DNA of 32,000 nt from Bifidobacterium longum subsp. longum JCM 1217. GTDB lineage: Bacteria > Actinomycetota > Actinomycetes > Actinomycetales > Bifidobacteriaceae. The notes under the pieces are model-generated. The model searched no databases and had not been told where the DNA came from. It was given only the letters and a program-made list of their open reading frames with translations. The stretch spans positions 1,320,001 through 1,352,000 of the forward strand of contig NC_015067.1 in the NCBI RefSeq assembly GCF_000196555.1. The letters run 5' to 3'. Below, piece after piece: positions 9,081 through 16,805 of this stretch. Position numbers and translations under genes: made by a program. The stretch's first letter is position 1; each line of letters starts with the position of its first letter.

Positions 9081-9221
9081 GTTCGATGCACGCACGTAAT
9101 ACCTCTAATTGTTCCCGGATATGTGGCGATTTGTCCACTGGTCCGGGACTTTTTCGTATACGGCCTACTAGAATCGTGATTCAGCTTGTTTTCACGCCCG
9201 CTTGAGGAGGTTTCGCCGCTT

Positions 9222-10853
9222 ATGGTGTTCGCACGCCGCTCAACCACCCTGCTCGCCGCCATTATCGCATCCTGCGCGATGGTGCTGTCACTGACCGCGT
9301 GCACCTCAGACAATAAGACCGTTGTAGATGGTCAAACCACGGTGACGTCCAATTCTGCCGGCGGCGTGGCCGTGTTCACACCTTCGGACGGCATTACGCT
9401 GAACCAGCAGACGCCACTGAACAAATGGGCGAAGCTGGTGCCTGACCTAGCCAAGGCTCTGGCCGACGCCGGTTTCAAGAAAGGCGATATCGATCATACG
9501 ACGTCCGACTCGTTGGCCAAGCAAAGCCGCGCCATCCAAGACTTTGTGGTCGATCATCTTTCGAATAACACCACGGACGATTCCGGCATTGCCATCGCGC
9601 CCGACAACATGACATTGCTCGTGGCTCCAGTAGTCGAGGCCGACGCTTCCACTCGCCAATACGGCGATTACATCAGCCAGAACCTGAGCACCAACGATGC
9701 CACGGATGGGGAAGCTACTTCTGACGGTGAATCTTCCGAAGACGACTCGTCCAAAGACGATTCGTCCAACACTGAGAGCGACAGCACTGCATCGGACGAG
9801 CAGGCGCAGGCCGTGGACCGGCTGGTCTCATCGCTCAAGCTGGCCAAGGAATCCGGCATGCATGTGGTATTGCTCGGCAACAGTATCGAGGGATATAAGC
9901 CGGACGCCTTCGTCAAGTTCTCGGACGCCCAGACCATCGGCAAGCTACAGGCGGAAAAGATGGTGTCCAAACTCAAGTTGGATAAGGCCAGTAAAGACAA
10001 CCCCAAATACATTGAGGTGCTGCTGCCATACACCGCCGTGGACGAAAAAGGCAACGCCAACGATTCCACGTTCGCCCAAGAGGCGTTCCGTGGTATCTGG
10101 CAGGTACTGGGCTTCTACTATCAGAAGGGCGTTGTGGAAAGCCCTTCAGGCACCTTGGACGGCAAATCCACGGAAAACGATTGGCAAGCCGTGGCCTACG
10201 ATGCCGCTAAGGAAGGCTCCACTGCGAAAGTGCTTGACAAGCGTCTGGCAAAAACCGATGGACAGTCCACACTCACCCGTATTGACGGCATCATCACGAT
10301 GAACGACTACATCGCCTCCGAGGTCGTCAAGGAATTGGACGATCTGGGATACACCGGCTCTGCCGCCGATATCAATCCGCAGATCACCATCTCGGGCATT
10401 GTCGGCAATATCACCGGCAAGAAGGATCTCAGCCGCGACGCCGTGCCGGACCCGATCAAATCCCCTGAAAACGACAACGCAAACGACTCATCCAGTTCCG
10501 ATGACGATGCGGACGAGGACACCTCCGCTTCCGACAAGGACCGTGACTCGCAGTGGCCTCTAGTAACCGGATACGGCGCGTATGTCTCGAACATCCCATC
10601 CATCGTCAATGGCAAGCAATGGATGACCGGCATGGAAGACAGACAGACCATCGCCACGGATATCGCTCAGGCCTGCGCCAAGCTCAACAAGGACGAAGCG
10701 CTGAATTCCATGCCTTCAATCAGGAACTCCGAGGTAGGCGGCGTGAAGAAGATCCCGACCATCAGCGAACCGTTGCTGGCTGTCAGCGCCAGCAATCTCA
10801 AGTCCGCGCTGATCGACCCCGGATATATTTCCTTGGCCGATGCCGGTCTGTGA
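9222..10853 (+). CDS. lipoprotein with periplasmic-binding-protein (sugar SBP type) like fold and acidic Ser/Asp-rich inserts
   Basis: The frame is trimmed to the ATG at 9222, with GAGGAGG 11 nt upstream. The signal peptide MVFARRSTTLLAAIIASCAMVLSLTAC ends in a lipobox. The family call is a weak by-eye recognition only. No permease or ATPase gene is adjacent. Confidence 0.7.
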   Translation: MVFARRSTTLLAAIIASCAMVLSLTACTSDNKTVVDGQTTVTSNSAGGVAVFTPSDGITLNQQTPLNKWAKLVPDLAKALADAGFKKGDIDHTTSDSLAKQSRAIQDFVVDHLSNNTTDDSGIAIAPDNMTLLVAPVVEADASTRQYGDYISQNLSTNDATDGEATSDGESSEDDSSKDDSSNTESDSTASDEQAQAVDRLVSSLKLAKESGMHVVLLGNSIEGYKPDAFVKFSDAQTIGKLQAEKMVSKLKLDKASKDNPKYIEVLLPYTAVDEKGNANDSTFAQEAFRGIWQVLGFYYQKGVVESPSGTLDGKSTENDWQAVAYDAAKEGSTAKVLDKRLAKTDGQSTLTRIDGIITMNDYIASEVVKELDDLGYTGSAADINPQITISGIVGNITGKKDLSRDAVPDPIKSPENDNANDSSSSDDDADEDTSASDKDRDSQWPLVTGYGAYVSNIPSIVNGKQWMTGMEDRQTIATDIAQACAKLNKDEALNSMPSIRNSEVGGVKKIPTISEPLLAVSASNLKSALIDPGYISLADAGL

Positions 10854-10930
10854 TTCATACTCGTCACGCCGCTAGCCGCCTGCGATGTCTCTTCCGTACG
10901 GCCCTGTTCCGGCCGACAATCACCGTTAAA

Positions 10931-11620
10931 TCATGACGGTTTCAGTACGATTTTTCGACTCCCCGCATATTGCTGTGGATCAAGATAATCGGCCGTTCCT
11001 CGCTTGAGGCCCCAATGCAGGCAACGGTCTTCGCAATGGTCCGAGCTGCCTTCAACGATGCCTACGGGCTGTCTGCGGGAGATCGTATCCCCCACTGAGA
11101 GCTCGGTAACGGCCGGTTCGAATGTCGACGTGACACCTCCACGATGCCGTACACTCACCACATCTTTGCCAGCTACTTTGCCAGCAAAACTCACGGTCCC
11201 TGCCTGTGGTGACAGAATTACGGTACCTTGCTCCGCAACAAGATCCACTCCACGATGACCTGGTGCCCACGGGTTGATCGGCCGCTCGAACTGTTGTTCG
11301 ACCTGTGGATCGTCGACCGGCCAGTCGAATCGGGATTCGCACTGATTGCCATTGCGCCACGCCAAATCAGACATATCGGTGAAATCCTCCACCGTGTATG
11401 CCGCATCTCCGGTCACCGCAGTATCCGCATGCGCAACATGCTGAGGCGTGGATGCCAGCCCTACTCCCAAGGCAAGCAGCAGGCCGATAACGGCGGCCAA
11501 CGCGATTATGGCATCCATACGCCGTTGCCGTTCCTGAGCCCGCTGACGCGCCTGCTGACGCCGCCGGCTGGCACGTCGGGCTTCGTCGCGACGCCAATCA
11601 AACAACAGTGGTGCATTCAT
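10931..11620 (-). CDS. M23 family metallopeptidase (peptidoglycan endopeptidase), membrane anchored
   Basis: The M23 motifs GHRGVDL (HxxxD) and HWGL are present. An Arg-rich N-terminus is followed by one TM segment (AIIALAAVIGLLLALGVGLA). The frame is trimmed to the ATG at 11620 (MNAPLLF), preceded by GGGAGGAA with 6-nt spacing. Confidence 0.85.
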   Translation of the reverse strand: MNAPLLFDWRRDEARRASRRRQQARQRAQERQRRMDAIIALAAVIGLLLALGVGLASTPQHVAHADTAVTGDAAYTVEDFTDMSDLAWRNGNQCESRFDWPVDDPQVEQQFERPINPWAPGHRGVDLVAEQGTVILSPQAGTVSFAGKVAGKDVVSVRHRGGVTSTFEPAVTELSVGDTISRRQPVGIVEGSSDHCEDRCLHWGLKRGTADYLDPQQYAGSRKIVLKPS

Positions 11621-11702
11621 GAGATTCCTCCCCATAGTGTGAGTGTGATGTGATTCCGGCTTCTTTGCCGGTGATACCCACCTTGAGGGGTCCGAAACAG
11701 GA

Positions 11703-11753
11703 TGTCCAGCCAAAACGACCTATGTGGTTCTAGCTTCCGAAGTTATCCACAAT
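11703..11753. promoter_or_regulatory. conserved 51-nt element, copy 1 (29-nt imperfect palindrome with TTATCCACA box), upstream of the M23 peptidase gene
   Basis: It is 44/51 identical, ungapped, to 20852-20902. The core TGTGGTTCTAGCTT-NN-GAAGTTATCCACA spans 11723-11751, and TTATCCACA is at 11743-11751. The element lies 82 nt upstream of the ATG at 11620 on the minus strand. Confidence 0.6.
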
Positions 11754-12058
11754 GAAATTTCGCGTGACAGTATCGCCGCATCGTCATGTTGTTCGACCTT
11801 CAGCCGCGGCCGATCCATGTCACAACCGCTGCCATGCAGTGACAGCGGAACATCAGAACTCTTGTGATTGTTCCCACTGGGTTCGCATACTCAGACGGTT
11901 GTTCCGTTTCACCGATTCCAGTATTTGCCAAGCAGACACCAGCTCCTCTACCGTTAGTCGCTAGTGTATATCCGCGTTCGGTTTTTGGCTGTATGAGATA
12001 GTATCCGATGAGTCCGATTCTGCGGAATTCAGCGCGACATGCCCTACACGCATGTAAT

Positions 12059-12086
12059 TTGCTTTTTCGTGGCAGGCATGTAAGAT
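12059..12086 (+). promoter_or_regulatory. putative sigma-70-type promoter of the tRNA-Asn array
   Basis: TTGCTT (12059-12064), a 16-nt spacer, then TAAGAT (12081-12086). This is about 40 nt upstream of the first tRNA. Confidence 0.35.
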
Positions 12087-12128
12087 ATGTGACTTGTGCG
12101 CGAGAGAAATCTCAAACACAGCAGACAT

Positions 12129-12201
<73 letters not shown>

Positions 12202-12244
12202 CTCACCTGAACGGGTAACTCCGGCCGGGATGAAAATTGAATAT

Positions 12245-12317
<73 letters not shown>

Positions 12318-12360
12318 CTCACCTGAACGGGTAACTCCGGCCGGGATGAAAATTGAATAT

Positions 12361-12433
<73 letters not shown>

Positions 12434-12440
12434 CCATCGA

Positions 12441-12471
12441 AAGCCTCGGTTCTCCGAGGCTTTTTTATTTT
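12441..12471 (+). terminator. rho-independent terminator of the tRNA-Asn array
   Basis: The stem AAGCCTCGG / CCGAGGCTT has loop TTCT and is followed by TTTTTTATTTT. Confidence 0.85.
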
Positions 12472-12588
12472 CATCGTATTGGTGGCCAGACACGACACCC
12501 CATCATCAACCGGGAAATCCATGGCGAAGACCTCACCACTACTCACATCAGGCAGACAGGTCACTGTCAATTCACCGATGAGAGGCAC

Positions 12589-12617
12589 GGTATTCCCAGT
12601 ATCAGTTTGGGAATACC
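12589..12617 (-). terminator. 10-bp perfect hairpin 10 nt downstream of the tsaD stop
   Basis: GGTATTCCCA (12589-12598) pairs with TGGGAATACC (12608-12617) around a 9-nt loop. It lies where the tsaD operon and the tRNA array converge. No U-tract. Confidence 0.4.
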
Positions 12618-12626
12618 GCGCAAATC

Positions 12627-13670
12627 TTACATCGAGACCTTGGTCAGGGGCATGGCGGAGTCAATCGGGAAGTCGGGGGCGCTGGGGGCCACGCCGGCTT
12701 CGACCAGGTTCACGCCGAGCATGGCGACCATGGCACCGTTGTCGGTGCAGAGCTTGATTTGCGGGATACGGACGTCGACGCCGTAGTTCTCGCCGAATTC
12801 GAGCAGTTTGGCGCGCAGCTGCGAGTTGGCGGAGAAGCCGCCGCCCACGATCAGCGTGTTGGAATCGTACTGCCGGCAGCCGCGCATGGCCTTACGGGCC
12901 AGCACGGTGGCCACGGAATCGGCCAGGGATGCGCACACGTCGTCCACCGGAATCTCATGGCCGGCGGCCTGCTCGCTTTCCACCCAACGGGCCACGGCGG
13001 TCTTGACACCGGAGAAACTGAAATCATACGGGTGCGCGGCACCGGCCTTGCCTTGGGTCAGACCCATCGGCACCTTGATGGCGTGCGGGTCGCCGTTCTG
13101 ACCATGGCGGTCGATGTGCGGGCCGCCCGGATACGGGAAGCCGAGCAGGCGGGCGACCTTGTCGAAGCACTCCCCCGCCGCGTCATCCAGCGTGGTGCCC
13201 ACCACATCGATTTTGCGCGGCATGTCTTCCACGTGCAGCAGCGAGGTGTGGCCGCCGGAGACGATCAGAGCCAGCGTGTCCTTGGGGAACGGGCCGAACT
13301 GCAGCTGAGTGACGGCGATGTGCCCGATCACATGGTTGATGCCGTAAATCGGCTTGTTCGCAGCCCAGGCCAGCGCCTTGGCGCCGGACACGCCCACGGC
13401 CAGGCAACCGGCCAGTCCGGGACCGGCGGACACGGCGATGGCGTCCACATCCGCCAACGTCATGTTCGCGTCGACGAGCGCCTTGGACACGCATGGCACG
13501 AAGGCCTCGGCGTGCGCGCGGGAGGCGATTTCGGGGATCACGCCGCCGTATCGCGCGTGTTCCTCCATGGATGAGGCCACGACGTTGGAGAGCAGTTCGC
13601 GGCCGCGTACGATGGCGGCTGCGGTTTCGTCGCAGGTGGATTCAATACCCAGTACAACCGGTTCGCTCAT
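12627..13670 (-). CDS. tsaD: tRNA N6-adenosine threonylcarbamoyltransferase
   Basis: 347 aa with Kae1/TsaD motifs GIESTCDETAAAIV, the metal site INHVIGHI, and SGGHTSL. Its ATG overlaps the rimI stop as ATGA at 13667-13670. Confidence 0.95.
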   Translation of the reverse strand: MSEPVVLGIESTCDETAAAIVRGRELLSNVVASSMEEHARYGGVIPEIASRAHAEAFVPCVSKALVDANMTLADVDAIAVSAGPGLAGCLAVGVSGAKALAWAANKPIYGINHVIGHIAVTQLQFGPFPKDTLALIVSGGHTSLLHVEDMPRKIDVVGTTLDDAAGECFDKVARLLGFPYPGGPHIDRHGQNGDPHAIKVPMGLTQGKAGAAHPYDFSFSGVKTAVARWVESEQAAGHEIPVDDVCASLADSVATVLARKAMRGCRQYDSNTLIVGGGFSANSQLRAKLLEFGENYGVDVRIPQIKLCTDNGAMVAMLGVNLVEAGVAPSAPDFPIDSAMPLTKVSM

Positions 13671-14221
13671 CGTGCTTCTCCGTTCTTCTCCGTTTGCTTG
13701 CTGGTGATGTCTTCAATGTCCGCCGATGCCGTCTGCGGGGCGGCAAAGCCCACGACCCTAGGTTTCAGGTCCAAGCTCATGGTGTATGCGTCGATGCCTT
13801 CGGGCTGGTAGTAGCGTTTGCGCAATCCCATGCGTTCGAATCCGAACCGCTGATACAGGGCCAGCGCAGGGTCGTTATCCACACGCACTTCGAGCAGCAT
13901 GCGCGAGGCGCCCTGACGTTTCGCCTCGTCGACCAGTACCTGAAGCAACGCAGCGGCGATGCCTTGCCGCTGGTATGCCTTGCCCACGCCGATGGTCATG
14001 AGCTCGGCGTCCTCGCCGTCGTACCAGAAGCCGGCGTAGCCGCGGACAACAGCCTGTTCCGCCTCTCCCAGCACATCCAGCAGATACGTGCGGGCCGGTG
14101 CGTCCAGTTCCTCTCGCACCATGTTCGCATTCCATGCGCCGCGGCCGAACAGTTCGCCTTCCAACTGTGCGATGGAACGAACCGCAAGATCACGACTTAC
14201 GGCAGTGATGTCAACAATCAT
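13667..14221 (-). CDS. rimI: ribosomal-protein-alanine N-acetyltransferase (GNAT)
   Basis: It has the GNAT acetyl-CoA motif QRQGIAAALLQ and sits at the operon position between tsaB and tsaD. I prefer the start at ATG 14221 (MIVDITAV), 17 nt after the tsaB stop. The alternative ATG at 14260 would overlap tsaB by 23 nt. Confidence 0.8.
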   Translation of the reverse strand: MIVDITAVSRDLAVRSIAQLEGELFGRGAWNANMVREELDAPARTYLLDVLGEAEQAVVRGYAGFWYDGEDAELMTIGVGKAYQRQGIAAALLQVLVDEAKRQGASRMLLEVRVDNDPALALYQRFGFERMGLRKRYYQPEGIDAYTMSLDLKPRVVGFAAPQTASADIEDITSKQTEKNGEAR

Positions 14222-14237
14222 CGGACCACAACCCACT

Positions 14238-15119
14238 TCACGCCTTATCGGCACCGGCATGGCCGAGCACGTGCTTCAGTGGGTTCGGTACTTCGGCGTC
14301 CGGCCGGCGCAGGTACAACGGTTCGATCGGCACGACCTGGTCGCCGCGCAGTTCGCGGCTCAACGCGGTGGTCGCAAAGACGGCGAGCCCGGCTTTCCCG
14401 GCATCCAATACCGATCCGTCCACCACGGAGCCCAGCGCACGCAGTCCCTGCCAGACGGATGCGTATTTGGCCGCGCCGTGGCCGGTCACATCCACCACAT
14501 AGCTGACGCCGTCGCGTTCGCCGTGTTCCGCGAGCGCCGCGTTCACCCGTTCGACGATATGCTCCGGGTAGTCGATATCCATCTCGATCCAGCGTCGTTC
14601 GGCGGCGTCCTCGTCCGGCAGGCTGATGCTGCCGTGGTTGAGCGAGAAGTACAGCTGCTTGCGGCGCGCATCGTTGACGCACAGCGTGACGTGGCGGTCG
14701 AGTTCGTGTTCCTTGGCCTCGGCGTCCGGGACGTCACCATCCGATTGGCGCGAACTCAAGCGCGGCACGTCGGCCAGGAAATCGATGCCGTCGAACATGG
14801 CGCTGTCACCCAGCACGAAGTTCATCATCTCGCCTTGCGGGTCGAGTACGTTCTGTCCGACGAGCTTGGCCCCGGTGGCGAAGGCCAACGCCTTGGCGGC
14901 CACGATGCCGGCGCGCAGGCCGGTGAATGGCGCCGGGCCGATGCCCACGACGATCTCCTCGATATCGGCAGGAGTCAGGCCGGCCTCCTCGACCGCGCGC
15001 GCGATATTGACCTGCAGTTTCTCCACATGGGTGCGCGAATCGGTCTCTACAATGGGCTCGCGCCCCACAATGCCGACCGTCGAGCCGAATGAGGTGTCAA
15101 TCACCAACGTGCAACCCAT
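14238..15119 (-). CDS. tsaB: tRNA threonylcarbamoyladenosine biosynthesis protein TsaB
   Basis: The 497-aa ORF-track frame is trimmed to the ATG at 15119 (MGCTLVIDTSFGS), which follows AGGAGG. It carries the TsaB motif GIGPAPFTGLRAGI. The upstream part of the frame overlaps tsaE and looks non-coding. Confidence 0.88.
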   Translation of the reverse strand: MGCTLVIDTSFGSTVGIVGREPIVETDSRTHVEKLQVNIARAVEEAGLTPADIEEIVVGIGPAPFTGLRAGIVAAKALAFATGAKLVGQNVLDPQGEMMNFVLGDSAMFDGIDFLADVPRLSSRQSDGDVPDAEAKEHELDRHVTLCVNDARRKQLYFSLNHGSISLPDEDAAERRWIEMDIDYPEHIVERVNAALAEHGERDGVSYVVDVTGHGAAKYASVWQGLRALGSVVDGSVLDAGKAGLAVFATTALSRELRGDQVVPIEPLYLRRPDAEVPNPLKHVLGHAGADKA

Positions 15120-15180
15120 GAATCCTCCTAGTCGTAAAGCCTCTAGAGAGTGTACATCGAGGAGTCTATGGGAGCATGGC

Positions 15181-15747
15181 TTATTGCAGGTCGAACGCGG
15201 CCCATCGCTTGCCGACTGGGACGAATGCGACGGTACGAGTGCCGTTGCTGGTGAGTTCGCCGTCTGATCCAGCGGATGCGACATCGGAGGAATCGAGAGG
15301 TCGATCGATATGGATTTCAAGTCGTTCTGGTGCCAAGGCGGTGGCCATTTGTTCGCCCCACTCCATAAGCACCACCGTGTTCTCGCCGGGGTCTTCAAGT
15401 TCTTCGTCCAATCCCAGCGATTCCAGCTCGTCCAACAAACGCCCGATGGCGTCCTGCCCCGGCGCATAGGCTGAGCCGCCCAGACGGTAGGCATCCACAT
15501 GCACCAGATGAGCCGGAGTGCCGTCGGCGAAATGCCCGTCAAGTTCGCGGGCAATGGTGAATGTAGGAGACACGATGGGTTCGGTAATGTCCAGCCCCGC
15601 GCCGAAGCCTTGGGCGAATGTGGTTTTGCCGGCACCAAGAGGGCCTGAGAGCAGCAATACATCGCCGCCGTGTACCATTCCGGCCACGCGGCGGCCGAGC
15701 TCCTGCATGGCCTCGCTGGTGGGAGCCGCAATAGTGTGTTCGCTCAT
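15181..15747 (-). CDS. tsaE: tRNA t6A biosynthesis ATPase TsaE
   Basis: 188 aa with the P-loop GPLGAGKTTFAQG and the SPTFT motif. It has the conserved tsaE-tsaB-rimI-tsaD context. Confidence 0.9.
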   Translation of the reverse strand: MSEHTIAAPTSEAMQELGRRVAGMVHGGDVLLLSGPLGAGKTTFAQGFGAGLDITEPIVSPTFTIARELDGHFADGTPAHLVHVDAYRLGGSAYAPGQDAIGRLLDELESLGLDEELEDPGENTVVLMEWGEQMATALAPERLEIHIDRPLDSSDVASAGSDGELTSNGTRTVAFVPVGKRWAAFDLQ

Positions 15748-15767
15748 AAATACCCCTTTATCGACTT

Positions 15768-16739
15768 TTACCGACCTTTATGACTGATGTCTTCAATGCA
15801 GCGTTCCAGCGCATATACCGGGTCGCCGCCGTTCGTTTTGCTTTGCTCATCCGCCCAGGCGAGCATACGGATGCAATGCGCGAGTCCTGCCGAAGTCCAG
15901 CCGCCAAGTTGGCGCATCGCATTCTTCAGCACCCACGGATTGGTTTTCGCTTCGGCCTGTGAAATCGTGCCGGCCCGGACCGCCGAGGCTTTGGCAATGG
16001 TACGGAGCTTCATGGCCAACGCGCCGATCAGCGCGATGGGATCGGTCCCTTGTTCCACAGCTGCACGCATCATGACGATGGCTTCTGCGGTTTTGCCTTC
16101 CACGGCCTTGTCTGCCACGGCAAAACCGGTGACCTGCGGATTGGCGGTCAAATACTGGTTGACACGGTCGAGCCCCATCGGATTATCGTCAAAGTCGAAA
16201 CACAATTGCTCGCACATGGCGGCGAGTTCGCCGGTTTTGCCGCCGAGCACGGATACCAGCTGCTGCGCGGCCATCGGTTCGACTCTACGACCGCGTTTCT
16301 CGAATTCTCCGAGTACGAAATTGAGTTGGGCATCCGGTTTCTTCAAATCCGGCACGTCCTCTTTGCGAGCGCCGGCTTTCACCAGTTGGTCGATGATCTT
16401 GCGCCCTTTGACGCCGCCCTCGTGCTGGCAGATCACCACGCTGGAGCCGTTCGGATCCTTGGCGGCCTGCTTGGTGTACGTCACCAGAGCTTCGGCGAGC
16501 TTTTCGTCGGCATTCTGCAGGTTGACGAGTTTGACCACGGCAACGTCGGAAAGCAACGATGGGCTGACGGCTTCATCGAAGGCATATTGGTCGGCCGATG
16601 TGGCGTCGAGCTCGATGAGTTCGGCGTCGGGTCGCGCCTTCAACGCTTGTGCGCACAGTGCCTTGGTGCGCGCGTCGTTCAAATACGAGTCGCCTCCGGG
16701 CACCACGGTTACCGGTACGTTCGCTGCTGTTTTCGCCAT
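15768..16739 (-). CDS. holA: DNA polymerase III subunit delta
   Basis: 323 aa from the ATG at 16739 (MAKTAANVP). The length, all-helical C-terminus and position downstream of comEA-comEC fit holA. The family call rests mainly on synteny plus general resemblance. Confidence 0.75.
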   Translation of the reverse strand: MAKTAANVPVTVVPGGDSYLNDARTKALCAQALKARPDAELIELDATSADQYAFDEAVSPSLLSDVAVVKLVNLQNADEKLAEALVTYTKQAAKDPNGSSVVICQHEGGVKGRKIIDQLVKAGARKEDVPDLKKPDAQLNFVLGEFEKRGRRVEPMAAQQLVSVLGGKTGELAAMCEQLCFDFDDNPMGLDRVNQYLTANPQVTGFAVADKAVEGKTAEAIVMMRAAVEQGTDPIALIGALAMKLRTIAKASAVRAGTISQAEAKTNPWVLKNAMRQLGGWTSAGLAHCIRMLAWADEQSKTNGGDPVYALERCIEDISHKGR

Positions 16740-16805
16740 GCCCCCATCTCGCCACACAGGTTGGACAATGACCTGCCGGCATAACGGCCCGGCAGCACTC
16801 CGCGA

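Noticed and set aside
11743-11751. Perfect DnaA boxes (also at 20892-20900) as evidence for oriC
   Set aside because: There are only two boxes, about 9 kb apart. There is no cluster, no AT-rich unwinding element and no dnaA, dnaN or rpmH nearby. The boxes are embedded in a larger repeated element, which explains their recurrence.
11752-11964. 70-aa Cys/His-containing ORF starting inside the palindromic element
   Set aside because: It has no RBS and an atypical composition. It lies in an AT-richer non-coding stretch, and the sequence alone gives it no support.
14238-15731. 497-aa ORF-track frame that would fuse tsaB with sequence overlapping tsaE
   Set aside because: The N-terminal 204 codons overlap tsaE in another frame and look non-coding (Pro/Ser/Trp/Cys-rich). 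A canonical TsaB N-terminus with an AGGAGG RBS begins at 15119. Similar over-extensions were trimmed for rpsB, guaB3, icd, the M23 peptidase, holA, the PNPOx-family gene, the EamA transporter and the SBPs.
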